The translations under genes were made by a program, and so were the position numbers. The notes under the pieces were generated by a model. That model had not been told where the DNA came from, made no database searches, and saw nothing but the letters and a program-made list of their open reading frames with translations. DNA of 64,000 nucleotides from Rhizaria sp. SCN 62-66 (Eukaryota): assembly GCA_001724265.1 (NCBI GenBank), contig MEDY01000030.1, forward strand, positions 1 to 64,000, written 5' to 3'. This document shows, in pieces, positions 1-11,655 of the stretch (positions within the stretch are counted from its first letter, which is position 1; each line of letters opens with the position of its first letter).

Positions 1-399
1 ATCCTTTTAGTTTAAGGTATGAACCTGGACATTTGTTCGGTTATATCTGCTCAACTCACGTGAGATGAGCATCCGCCAGCTTGTTGCTGGTGTTTCAAGT
101 AAAGTAGTCAACAATCCGGTTTCGGCATATCAGGGTAAAGGAAGGAGCCAGGGGGATAAGAGTATGACTGTAGTATCATCCAAAAGTATCAATAAGCAAC
201 AAGAACGCGAGATTTATTTTCAAAGAATCGCATTTGTATCTCGGAAAGACACGTTTCTCATATCACAACACAGGCGGCTTAACTTCAAATGCCAGATCGC
301 GAACAGTCGGCTGAGCGCGGTGCGAGCGGTTGGGTTGTGACCTCAAACAGAGACCAACTTTTCCCTTTCGTTTGCGAACCAATCGCTCGTTATATCATC

Positions 400-1216
400 A
401 TGGCTGACCCCAAGACGATCGCGCAGGCGTTCATTCAGCAGTACTACACTTGCTTCGATGCTGGCAAGGAGGGTATCGCCCAGCTTCAGGGTCTTTACGT
501 ACGTTCAAAACTTCCGCTCTCACCCGGCCCTCGACGTTGCTTTGCGAAGCGTTGCACAGCTCACTATCAATGCATCAGCTCACCTCGTTTGCATGTTAAC
601 CACTGTTTTTTTCCTTCTCTTCTTTAGCGTGCCGAGTCGATGCTCTCCTTCGAGGAGACCGACGTTATGGGCGCCGAGAACATCATCAAGCACCTCACGG
701 TCCGTCATCCCCCCCTCTAGTCTGCCCTTTTCTGTCAATCTTCCCTTCATAGTCTTGCTTCTAACGATGCATGCTCATCTTTTCTTCTTTCACTATCTCT
801 TGTTTACCCATTGGTACTATTTTAGGAGCTTAACTTCACCCAGGTCGTCCACAAGGTTAAGTCCTTCAACGCCCAGCCCTCTGGTGTCCCCAACGCTCTC
901 CTTATCTTCGTCCAGGGCGACATGACCGTACGTTTTCTATTCCCTCACAATCATACCAGCTCAGTCCATCCCTGTACAATTCATCCCTGTACATCATCTG
1001 CGAACACTCTTTGCCTTGTGTTCCACCCTACCGTTCCCCCCATCGCTCACACTTTGTTCTCTGTTCTCTTCCCCCACTTTTCGCGCGCTCTTTTTCTAAC
1101 CACAGATCCAGGGCAACGAGAACCCCGTCAACTTCTCCCAGGTCTGGCACATCATCTCCGATGATGCCGGCTCCTTCTGGGTCCACAACGACATGTTCCG
1201 CCTTAACTACGGCTAA
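400..1216 (+). CDS. NTF2: Nuclear transport factor 2 (4 exons: 400-498, 628-699, 826-927, 1106-1216; ~127 aa)
   Basis: Splicing three phase-0 GT-AG introns by hand gives MADPKTIAQAFIQQYYTCFD...LY|RAESMLSFEE...GAENIIKHLT|ELNFTQVVHKVKSFNAQP...LIFVQGDMT|IQGNENPVNFSQVWHI...FWVHNDMFRLNYG*. This matches the NTF2 family along its whole length and ends in TAA. Confidence 0.93.
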
Positions 1217-1916
1217 GCACGTCGTCCGTCACAAATAACAAGACGCTGCTGCTCCCGAGTTGTTCGCGACTTACTACTCCGCACTAATACATAATCTCCA
1301 ACAAGACTCACGTCTCAGAACGTGTGCGCGTTCCATCTCATACTCTCTTTTCGTTGACACGGTAATTTTGAAATGACTTTTATCATTGTATTTTATGGTG
1401 GAAAGCTCGAAACTCGGATGACTATTCTAGTTGTTTTGTGTAGAGTTCAAGGGGCTTGCTGACTAACAGTGAGGTATTTTCAGGTGATACGTACTAAAAA
1501 ACAAGGTGAATGTTATTGCAACAACAAAATGTTGCCTCTGGCGATGTGTTATCATGTTTGTTTTCTTTCTTCTTCGCACTTATGAGGAAGAGAACGGTCA
1601 CAGTCATAAGCAGTCCACTCACAATTACTCTCAGCCGCGGCTTGTGCCTGTCGTCGCCGCCCCGCACACTCACTGCAGTTGCCCCGCGTTGCTGGAGTCT
1701 CGCAGTACAGACGTGCAAGACGTGGCAACTGCGGCAGTGACAGTTACGGTGACAACAATCATCAACGTGTGCAACGGGCAAAGCCAACAGAGCGTGACAA
1801 CATGACAACAAGTGGTTGGGAGAGGGTCAATAAGCGAAGACATAGAGCAGAGAGGACGACGCAGAGTCGCCTCCAGATTTTACAGTTAAACAAAGAGAAT
1901 TTTGATAAGAAATGAA

Positions 1917-1951
1917 GAACAAACGAAACAAACGAAACAAACAAACAACAA
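1917..1951. repeat. Imperfect (ACAA/ACGAA)n microsatellite in the 3' region of RRM1
   Basis: gaacaaacgaaacaaacgaaacaaacaaacaacaa. Confidence 0.6.
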
Positions 1952-2082
1952 GTGAGCCGCGCTGCAGAGCACTTGACGCATCTCTGTCACTCAACAGAGA
2001 TACTCACGTTCACAAGCACTCGCAGTCACAGGCTGACTTGATTTTGACGGAGACTAGCAGACTCAGCGGATATTGCTTGCGC

Positions 2083-4923
2083 TTATGAGCCGCAGGAGAG
2101 GCACTCCTCCTTGTTGTCAAGGGAGCACATGACCTCGGCGCGCGCGCGCTCGCGCTCGGCGCGCCACGCGGCGAGGTTCGCGGCCTCCTCCTCCTCGCGG
2201 TCCGTCTTCTTGGTCGGCGTCTTGGGGGGCAGCTTCTCAGAGCGCACGGGCGACTGCGCGGCGCGCACCGCGGCGGGGCTTGCGGCCGCGGCCTCGGGGC
2301 CGGCGGCGGCGGCCGCGGCAGGCTCGGGGCCGGCGGCGGCGCCCGCGCCCGCGGCGTTGCCGGCGGCCTGCTTTGCCACTGCGGGGTCGAGCGTGAACTT
2401 GATGGCGTCGACGGCGGCGCGCGTGCGGAGGTAGTACATGCCCGTCTTGAGGCCCTTCTTCCACGCGTAAAAGTGCATCGAGGTCAGCTTGGCGTAGTTG
2501 ACGTTGGGCATGTGGACGTTGAACGACTGCGACTGGTCGATGTACGCGCCGCGGTCGGCGGCCATGTTGATGAGCGTCTTGCCCTTCATCTCCCACACCG
2601 TCTTGTAGATCTCGCGCAAGTCCTCGGGGATCTCGGTCAGCCCCTGCACAGAGCCGTTGTTGGCGATGAGCTTGTTCTTGAGCGTCTGGTTCCACAGTCC
2701 CTGGCGGATGAGGTCGCGCAGCAGGTGCGAGTTGACGCACACGAACTCGCCGGCCAGCGTGCGCCGCACGTAGAGGTTCGACGTGTAGGCCTCGAACGAC
2801 TCGTTGTTGCCCAGGATCTGCGACGTGCTGGCCGTGGGCATGGGCGCCACAAGAAGCGAGTTGCGCAGCCCGACGCGCTTGATGCGCTCCTTGAGCGCGG
2901 CCCAGTCCCAGCGCCCGCCCACCGTCGCGGGCTCCACGCCCCACATGTCGAACTGCAGCTCGCCGCGCGAGGCCGGCGAGCCCGGGAAGGACTCGTACGC
3001 GCCGTCGCGCTCGGCCATGTCGCACGACGCCGTCAGCGCGGCGAAGTAGATGGTCGCAAAGATGTCGCGGTTCAGCGCCTGCGCCTCCTCGGACTCGTAC
3101 GGCAGCCGCATAAGGATGAGCGCGTCGGCCAGGCCCTGGACACCGAGCCCGATGGGGCGGTGGCGCATGTTGCTCGTGCGCGCCTCCTTGACCGGGTACA
3201 GGTTGATGTCGATGACGCGGTTGAGGTTGCGCGTGGCGACTTGCGTCACCTCAAACAGGCGCTGGAAGTCGTAGGTGCCCGTGCGTTCGTCGACGAAGCG
3301 GTTGAGCGCGATCGAGGCGAGGTTGCACACGGCCACCTCGTCGGGCGACGTGTACTCGACGATCTCCGTGCACAGGTTCGAGCAGCGGATCGTGCCCAGG
3401 TTCTGCTGGTTCGACTTGCGGTTGCACGCGTCCTTGTAGAGGATGTAGGGCGTGCCCGTCTCCTGCTGCGCTTCGAGCACGGCCGTCCACAGCGCGCGCG
3501 CCTTGATCGTCTGCCGCGCGCGGCCCTGGTTCTCGTACTGCGTGTACAGCCGCTCGAAGTCGGCGCCCCACGAGTCGGCCAGCCCCGGCGCCTCGTGCGG
3601 GCAAAAGAGCGACCAGAGCTCGTTCTTCTCCACGCGCTCCATGAAGAGGTCGCACACCCAGAGGCCGTAGAAAAGGTCGCGCGCGCGCGCCTCCTCGGAG
3701 CCGTGGTTCTTGCGCAGGTCCAGGAAGGACATGATGTCGGCGTGCCACGGCTCCAGGTAGACGGCGAATGCGCCCTTGCGGCGGCCTCCACCCTGGTCGA
3801 CGTAGCGCGCCGTGTTGTTGAACACGCGCAGCATCGGGACCAGGCCGTTCGAGGTGCCGTTGGTGCCGCGGATGTAGGAGCCGGTGGCGCGGACGTCGTG
3901 AACCGCGAGGCCAATGCCGCCGGCCTGCTTCGAGATCATCGCGCACGTCTTAAGCGTGTCGTAGATGCCCTCGATCGAGTCCTCCTTCATGGTGACGAGG
4001 AAGCACGACGACAGCTGCGGCATGCACGTGCCGGCGTTGAAGAGCGTGGGGGAGGCGTGGGTGAACCACTTCTGCGACATGAGGTCGTACGTCTCGATCG
4101 CAGCGGCCAGGTTGTTGAAGTGGATGCCGCAGGCGACGCGCATGAGCATGTGCTGTGGGCGCTCGACGATCTGGCCGTGGAGCTTGAGCAGGTACGAGCG
4201 CTCGAGCGTCTTGAAGCCGAAGTAGTCGTAGCCGAAGTCGCGGTTGTAGACGATGGCCGCGTTGAGCGTGTCGGCGTTGGCAGAGATGAAGGCGAACACT
4301 TCGTCGTTGAGCAGCGGCGCAGGCAGCCCGGTCTTGGGCTCAACGTACGAGTGCAGGTCCGTCATGACGTCGGCGAAGTTCTTCTTGGTGTTCTTGTGCA
4401 GGTTGGATACGGCGATGCGGGCGGCCAGGATCGCGTAGTCGGGGTGCGTCGAAGACAGGTTCGCCGCGGTCTCAGCCGCGAGCTCGTCAAGTTCGGACGT
4501 GGTCACGCCCTTGTATACACCCATGCAGACCTGAGGTGGCGTGGGAGGTCAGATTGTGGTCGATTGTGGTGACATTTGATGAGGTCGGAAGAGCGCGCGC
4601 GCCAAAAGGGTGAGCGGGAGTAAAGGAGGCAAAAGATGATATAACACAAACAAGACAGGAAAACAGTGAGAGAATATCAAGGTATCCTTATGCAGCACAA
4701 TGTATGACATATCGGGATGATATGTTATTTTCAAACAAAGGAGGGGAAGTACGAGATATGCGTGTTGGAAGTGAGATAGGTACTGGGGTATACGAACCTT
4801 CTGGCTGACGAGGATAGGCTCGACAAACTCCTCATTGAGGCCGTAGCAGAGCTTGGAGATGCGGCTGGTAACCTTGTCAAAGTGGACAGGCTCCTTATGT
4901 CCGTCGCGCTTGACAACGTACAT
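2083..4923 (-). CDS. RRM1: Ribonucleoside-diphosphate reductase large subunit, class Ia (exons 4923-4798 and 4530-2083)
   Basis: ATP-cone start [22 protein letters not shown]. The intron at 4797-4531 (GTTCGT...CTCAG) joins [11 protein letters not shown]. Motifs include [44 protein letters not shown] and the C-terminal redox pair CLSCGS followed by TAA. Confidence 0.98.
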
Positions 4924-5133
4924 TGCTATAGACAGGAAACGAAAGGAAAGCAAGAGGTGCCAAGGGAATGCATCGTGAGCTGACTGGTTTTTACAATGTG
5001 AAATGCGCGATAAAATAAGGCACAAAACGCACATATAATATTAAGATAGCGTGTAAAACTCAAATTACTGCCACTATATATCAATATTAACGCAAATCAC
5101 ACACATAAGTAGGAAGAAACTCTGCAATCTCTG

Positions 5134-5145
5134 TTTGGCGCCAAA
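5134..5145. promoter_or_regulatory. Palindromic E2F-type site TTTGGCGCCAAA in the divergent RRM1/PPCDC promoter
   Basis: Exact match to TTTSSCGC on both strands, ~210 nt upstream of the RRM1 ATG. RNR genes are established E2F targets in animals and plants. Confidence 0.55.
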
Positions 5146-5357
5146 ATTCAAGATGGCGTTATACCGAGCTGGTCCTGCCGACGCCCACAGTCGCTGCCCC
5201 AAAACGCATTGGTGGTTGAAATTTCTTGAAGGTATATCTACGTGATCTGATCGTCAAATAGGTTTGATTTTGCGCTCTAGTCTTGTAGATTTAAGCAAGT
5301 TGCATTAAACTAAAGCGCCACCTCTTCAGAGGGTGTCTTCGTAGTGAGCCGGGTCCC

Positions 5358-6278
5358 ATGAGCGAAGCGAACAAGAGGCCCAGGGTCTTGCTCATGCTGA
5401 CAGGCAGTGTTGCCTCGATCAAGGCAGTTGAGGTCGTCCAGGAGCTCATCAAGGCTGGCTGCGAGGTTCGCGTCATCGCGTCCCGCGCGTCGACGCACTT
5501 CTTCCCGCTCCGCGAGCTGGAGGATGTACTGGCGACGCAGACCGACTGCACCCCCGTGGTGCCTGACTTGTCCGTGCTGCGCTCGCGCCCCGCCGCCACC
5601 GCGCTCGACGGCGCGACCCCCTACGAGTTCTACTACAGCGCGGCGCACGCGCTGGCGCCGTTTGTGCACTTCGACGCGGACGAGTGGCTGCTGTGGCGGT
5701 CGCTGGCGGCGCGCGACCCCGTGCTGCACATCGCTCTGCGCGACTGGGCTGACGTGCTGCTCGTCGCGCCCGCCTCGGCCTCGTTCCTCGCGCGCGCCGC
5801 GCAGGGCGCGTGCTCCGACCTCGCGTCCTGCGTGCTGCGCGCCTGGCGCGCGCCGCGGCCGCTAGTGCTCGCGCCGGCGATGAACACGGCAATGTGGGAG
5901 CACCCCGCCACGCAGCGCCACCTCGCGCAGCTCGCCGCCGACTTCTTCCCCGCCGCGCCCGCCGCCGTGCTCGTGCCGCCGCAGGCCAAGCTGCTTGCGT
6001 GCGGCGACGTCGGCGTTGGCGCCATGGCCGCGCCCGCGCTAATCGCCGCCGCCGCTGCAGCCGCAGCCGCGCGCGCCCCGCTCCCCGCCGGCGTCTCGCT
6101 CATCATCACAAACACACCGACTTGCCACGACTGTCACGCTGACTCCGCGTCGGCTACGGCGGCGGGGCTGGGCTCGTCGGCGGTGCGCAGGGCCACGGAC
6201 GTGCTGTTTGGCGCCGTGCTTGCCTTCGCCGCCGCGATGCTCATCATGCGCCGGCCAAACCTCAGCGGCGCTGAGTGA
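5358..6278 (+). CDS. PPCDC: Phosphopantothenoylcysteine decarboxylase (HAL3/CoaC flavoprotein) with a C-terminal extension
   Basis: RVLLMLTGSVASIKA, VLHIALRDWAD (catalytic His), APAMNTAMWEHP and KLLACGDVGVGAMA (catalytic Cys clamp). Ends in TGA. Confidence 0.92.
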   Translation: MSEANKRPRVLLMLTGSVASIKAVEVVQELIKAGCEVRVIASRASTHFFPLRELEDVLATQTDCTPVVPDLSVLRSRPAATALDGATPYEFYYSAAHALAPFVHFDADEWLLWRSLAARDPVLHIALRDWADVLLVAPASASFLARAAQGACSDLASCVLRAWRAPRPLVLAPAMNTAMWEHPATQRHLAQLAADFFPAAPAAVLVPPQAKLLACGDVGVGAMAAPALIAAAAAAAAARAPLPAGVSLIITNTPTCHDCHADSASATAAGLGSSAVRRATDVLFGAVLAFAAAMLIMRRPNLSGAE

Positions 6279-6522
6279 CGAGTCAAGCTTCACTGTCGAT
6301 TGGCACAACTTGTATATTACATTTGTACTTATTAACCACTTGCACATCTGAGCGGTGGTAAATAATTTTATTTAGATTGTTAGCAAAACTATATAGATTT
6401 TATTCTCCGCAACATACGAACACGCGTATTCTTTCAATTCAAACAATAAAACACCGACTTAACATGAGACTCAACAACGTTATCAACGTTATCAAACTAA
6501 CTCAATCTGTTCAAACAACATC

Positions 6523-6835
6523 TCAGTCGACCTTGCATTCCGAACGTTCCTCGTGCTGCGAGCGCGTGAGCAGCTCATGTAGCTCGCTCCAGTCGCGGCC
6601 CGGCAGCCCCGCCTCGCCGCGGCGTGCCGCGTTGCCGCGCGCGAAGTGGTTCCAGCAGAGCTCGAACTCGCCGCTCTCGACGGCGCCGTCACGGTCCGCG
6701 TCCAGCCCCAGCAGCAGGTCCTGCGCCGCCGCCTCGGTGCACATCAGCACCGCGCGCGCCACCGTCAGCGCGCCGCCCACAGCGGCGCCGCTGTCGCTAT
6801 CGGCACCCGCGAGCCCCGCGGCCCCAGCAGCAGTA

Positions 6836-6901
<66 letters not shown>

Positions 6902-9900
6902 AGCGTCGTCCTCGCGCTCAAAGCCGCCGAGTAACGGGCCCTCGCCAATCTCACCCTCCTCCGCATCGCCCCCCTCCGCGTCGTCCTCTGCGCCGGTGCG
7001 CGCGTTGACGCGCGTGTTGGAGAGCCAGCGCTCGAGCGCGGGGGAGAGCGAGCCGCGCGTGGGCAGCGCTGCGAGCGCGGGCATGCGCGTGCGCCGCTGC
7101 AGGATCGCCGCTGCCGCCGCGCCCGCGCCGCCCGCGGCCACGTGCAGTCGCGCCATCGCGAGCACCACGCCCTCCGCCAGCGCCTGCTCAGCAGCAGCTG
7201 CCGCGGCGGCGGCGGCCTCGGCCGCGGGGTCGCTCCGCGCGATCTCAGCGTCCGCGTCAGTGTCAGTGTCATTATCTGCGCCAGCGTCAGCATCAGGGGC
7301 GCCATGGGCGCGCACAGACGCAGACGCAGACGCAGGCGCAGACACGGACAGAAACAGAGGCAGGACTGCGGGACCGAGCGCGGCGACCTCGGGCCCGTGC
7401 GCGGCGCACCGCAGCGCGGCGGCGCGCACAACGGCCTCGAACAGCGCGGCCAGCCGCGGTGCGGGCGCGGGCTGCGCTGGGTCAAACGCGTTGACGAACC
7501 GGTCGTAGTACGCCGCGGCGCCCGGCAGCGAGGCGCGCTGCGCTGCGTCGGTCCATCCCAAGCAGCCGTCGCGGCGGGCGCGCAGTGCGGCGGCGCTCTC
7601 CGCGGCCGTGGCGCCCAGCAGCACGGCCTCAGCAAGCGCGGCGGCGTCATCTGACCCGTCGGCCGCGATCTCGCCCTCGGCCTCGTCCTCGCCCGCGCGC
7701 GCCCACAACAAACCCGCTGCTGCGGCGCCTGTTGTAGCTGTAGAGCCCGGTGTGGTCGTGGCGCAGCCGGACCAGACGCCGCGCACCGCGGGGAACGCCA
7801 GCGCACTGCCGGCGTCCTCACTGGCACTGTTGCCGTCGTCGTTGGCGTTGTCGGCGTCGTAGTCAGCGCCGCTGCTGTCGTCGTGGTCGCAGAGGGGGTC
7901 GAGGCCGCGGGCGAGGAGCGCGAGCGTACGGCCCGGGCGGGCTGCGCGCGCGGCGCGGCGGCGGGCCAGCCACTCGACGGCGGCGCGCGCGTCGCGGCGG
8001 TACAGCGTGCGCAGACCGCACGGCTCGCCGGCGGGCGACGCGCTGGCCGCGCTCTCTCCAGCGCGTTCTAGCTCGGCGGCCGCAGAGGGCGGCGCCGCCA
8101 CGCCCGCGGCCACGCTCAGCACCGGTAGCACCACGCGCACGCGCGCGCGCGCACTCGCACTCTCACTCGCTGCCCCAGGGGCGGTGTCAGCGCCAGAGCT
8201 CGCGGCCCGCGCATTAATAGCGGCGGAGCGCGGCAGACGCAGCAGCCCGCGGGCGTGCGCGCGCGCGGCCTCGCGCGGGCCCAGCGTCGCCACGTACAGC
8301 GTCACGCCCGCGCTCTCCGGCTGCGGCTGCAGCTGCAGCTGCGCAGTCGTCGCCTTGGTGCCCGCTGCAGTCTGACCGTTCCTGTTGCTGCCGCGGGCTG
8401 CACTGGCTGCGGTGGCTGCGACGTTGCGGCGCGCGAGACGGAGCCCCGCGCGGACGCCCAGCTCGCGCGCCTGCGCGACGACGGTCCACGCCGTGTGCGC
8501 GACGAGCGCGTGCGCCAGCGCCAGCAGCGCGCTGGCGCCCAGCGCCGCGCCCTGCGCGACCCGCAGCGCGTGCGTGCGGGCGCGCGCGGCGTCAGCGTCG
8601 TCGCGGCGCCGCAGCGCGGCCGCGAGAGCCGCGGCACTCGGCCCGCGCAGCGGCGACGCGAACTGCGGCATCACCACCATCGGCACGCCAGCGGGGCCTG
8701 TCGCGGCCGCCTGCGGCACCGGCTCCGCCTCGGCCAGGGCCGCCGCGGCCGCTGCGGCGGCGTCTTCGGCGGAGATGCGGTGACCCGTCTCAGCCTCCGC
8801 GGCGGCGCGGCCAAGCCCGAGCTGCGAGAGCGCGGAACGCTTGATGAGCGGCGCGCGCAGCTGAGCCAGTGCGGCCTCGGCGACGGCGGCGCCCAGCGGC
8901 GGCGGGCTGTGGAGCGCCTCGCCTGCCGCCCATGCCGCCACTGCGGCCGTCGGCACGCCCGTCCCCGGCACGGCCACAGCAGCAGCAGCAGAGCTGGCAG
9001 TGACTGCGCCGTCGCTGTCGTGGTGTTTTAGCTTCAACGTCCGTTTCCCTCGCTTTGTTGCTGTTGCTTCATTCGCGCCGGTCGCGACGACCTGACCGAG
9101 CGCGCGGACGGCGTCGAAGACGGCGCCCGCGGTGGGGGCCAGCGCCAGCGCGGCGTGACTCGCGGGCGCCCAGGCAAGCCGCGGGACGGCGGCGTGGACG
9201 CGGGAGAAAAGCCAGTTGGGCCGCGCCGCGAGGGACGCGCGCGCGGCCGTGGCGCCGCGGAGCCCCGCCGCGGGTGCCGCGAAAAGGAACGACACGATGC
9301 ACGCGCGCACGGAGCCCGGAAGCGCGGCGAGGTACGCGTCGACGGTGAGGCGGTACGCGGCGTGCGCGGCGTCGAGCGCGCGTGCGGCCTCGACCGTACC
9401 CAGCAGTTCGCCGGCCGTCTGCCCGTAGTGGTTGCTGGCGGGCCGCGCGTGCACCGTGGGGTCCGCACCGTGGTGCAGCAGTAGGCACGCCACGTCCGTC
9501 GAGCGGCGCGCGCAGGCCAGTAACAGCGGTGAGTAGCCGTGTAGGAAGAGGTTGACGTCGGCGCGCACGTCAAACACCCCTGCGGCCTATTCCGCCGCGG
9601 CCTCCGGCGACAGGTCGGGCTCCTCGCCGCAGAGCCCCGAGAGCGTGTCGTACACGGCGTCGACGTCGGCGTGCACGGCGCGCGCAATGTGCCAGACCTT
9701 GTCGCGCGCGCGCTTGAGACGGCGGCCCTGGACGTCGAAGTCCCAGTCGGCGTCGAGCGACGCGCACGCGCGCCACAGCGACAACGACGCCACCTGCACC
9801 GCGCTCGCGGGCGCGCGCGCCGACAGCGCCACGGCCGACGCGATCTCGCGGTCCACGGCGGCCTCCTCCGCGTACTCAGCCGCCGCAACGCGCAGCAGCG

Positions 9901-9988
9901 CACAGGCACTTGTCGTCGCCGTCGGCCAGACGTGGGGCTTGGCCTGAGGCGGAGCAGTCGCAGGGCCGAAGGAGCCTCCGCTTTGCAT
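6523..9988 (-). CDS. Ala-rich protein with an ankyrin repeat and a C-terminal EF-hand-like motif. Contains an in-frame TAG at 9587-9589 and an apparent frameshift at ~6900.
   Basis: ORFs 10024-9587 and 9577-6797 share a frame, joined by GAA TAG GCC GCA GGG GTG. Ankyrin repeat ADVNL..GYSPLLLACARRSTDVACLLLHHGADP. After the poly-GCT tract the plausible protein continues in another frame (LDADRDGAVESGEF...KVD TGA). Confidence 0.6.
6825..6904. repeat. (CAG/CTG)n trinucleotide tract, poly-Ala on the coding strand
   Basis: About 25 near-perfect agc units, with a phase break at 6900/6901. Confidence 0.9.
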
Positions 9989-10420
9989 TGTCTTAGTGGT
10001 CGGAAGAAATGCATAATAAAGCAATCATTAGATACTATTGAAAAAAAAACATTCAGATACACAATAAAATTAGAAATTCATGTCGCAATTTGGCGATGAC
10101 GGACTTTCTAAAGAGATATGCTGTATTTTAGCAACTGGTAATTGGAGGCTTGGCCAGCTTCCCGAACAGTAAATTGACATGAGCGGCGCGAGAAGGCGCA
10201 ATATGAAGCATTGGCGGAATAACCGCATTATTTCAGCGATATTACCACCGTTAAATGCTGCAAATCTACGTGTAACATCCAGATTCTACACAGATAATGC
10301 CAGTATTGCTGGAATATCGCTAGAGTGATAGCAATTCGCAATGCTGTAACCATCACACAGTGCCGCAAGTGTTGCTTGTGTGAGGTTGCAGCGGCGTCAG
10401 GCGTCATAGCTGACGCACGC

Positions 10421-10972
10421 TCACTGCTGCTTGGGCGCGGCGGGGCGCGCGTGCTCCCTGGCGGCCTTCTTTGCGGCCTCCTTAGCGGCCTCCTTGGCGG
10501 CCTCTTGGATGAGCCCCTCGTGGTCGCCGGTCTCGGTCACGTTGTGCATCACGCGCGCGGCGCGGGACTCGGCCGTGCTGCCGAACACGCCGCGCAGGTC
10601 TGCGCGCCAATGAAAGCAAAAAGAGGTCGATAATACAGGGAGAGGGAAGTCAGAGAGAGAACAAGAGGAAACAACGGGGAAACGTGGCAGTACGGAATAG
10701 AGCAAGAGAATGAAGTGAAATGAAGTTGAGCGGGGGTGTTGGGATTGTAGAGTAGACGGACCTTCGCAGTCGTGCAACTTGGCCTCAACGGCGGGCGGGT
10801 AGCGGCAGTGCATGTACTTGATGTTCGAGTAGACCATAGAGAGCGTCTCAGCCTCGTCGGCGCCGTGTAGCGGCACGAACTTGGCGTAGACGGCCTCGCG
10901 CGCAGCGAACTGGTCATCCGTCTCGTGCCGCATGCGGCGCAGGGCGCCCGCGCTGGGGGCGGCGGAGGACAT
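10421..10972 (-). CDS. Small XRN2-binding domain (XTBD)-like protein, probable intron 10761-10600 (~129 aa spliced)
   Basis: RRMRHETDDQFAAREAVY...LSMVYSNIKYMHCRYPPAV resembles the XTBD pattern (E.d..W..R..F...L+.v..N....gC.YP). A pyrimidine-rich 162-nt GTCCGT...GCAG segment looks like an intron. Ends in TGA. Confidence 0.7.
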   Translation of the reverse strand: MSSAAPSAGALRRMRHETDDQFAAREAVYAKFVPLHGADEAETLSMVYSNIKYMHCRYPPAVEAKLHDCEGPSTLQSQHPRSTSFHFILLLYSVLPRFPVVSSCSLSDFPLPVLSTSFCFHWRADLRGVFGSTAESRAARVMHNVTETGDHEGLIQEAAKEAAKEAAKKAAREHARPAAPKQQ

Positions 10973-11616
10973 CGAGGAAGTAAAGCGGGGAAGGCGGAGT
11001 GCTGGGTGTCAAGGAGCGGGCTGGGATGCGCTGGGGGGTCGAGCTGGATTTGAAAGAGAGCGACGAGGAGCGGGGCGAAAGTGACTGAGAAGTGGGTGAG
11101 CGCACAATGCTACGGGGAGAACAAGAACTCACATTTAACGTATAAACAAAACGTGATTAGATTAAAACCCTCTATTACAATACAAAAACGCCATCTATAC
11201 CCCTATTGTCGGATCATACATGTCGTTTAGCCAATAACTTTTCATAGTGCTGCTGCACCGCCCAGCAGCGGCTAGGCTACAGAGTCATCTAAGTTGAGCT
11301 TTTGACAAAAAGAGTTGAAAATCGTCATATACAAGGTCGAATCAGTGAAAATGTGGATATTTGTTAATTAAGAGCATTAAGTGTGTATGAGAAACGAGTT
11401 CAATATGCCACAACTCTCTGAGAATATACCGAGAGTTCCAATCTTAACGAACCACACGAAGTAGTTCAAAGCAGCATGACCCACACAACGCGTCGCTAAA
11501 CGAGACTGTTGCCGAAAACATATCATCACAGCCAGTCCCGAGCTGAATAAAACACAGTTCGCATGCGTTATGAAACCAAGTTACAATTACATAATAATAA
11601 AGAAAAGAAAAGAGAG

Positions 11617-11655
11617 AAACAGACAAACAGACAAACAGACAAACAAACAAAACAG
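11617..11655. repeat. (ACAG/ACAA)n microsatellite in the 3' region of the Na+/H+ exchanger
   Basis: aaacagacaaacagacaaacagacaaacaaacaaaacag. Confidence 0.6.

Noticed and set aside
1494-1944. Short ORFs between NTF2 and RRM1
   Set aside because: Low-complexity UTR-like sequence with no homology cues or coding codon bias.
2473-4572. Long antisense ORFs such as 2473-4572, 11931-13160, 20224-22329, 23794-26127 and 41587-43134
   Set aside because: They are shadows of GC3-rich genes on the opposite strand, with no recognisable motifs.
6797-6900. Poly-Cys C-terminus as a metallothionein-like domain
   Set aside because: Better explained as an out-of-frame read of a poly-Ala GCT tract.
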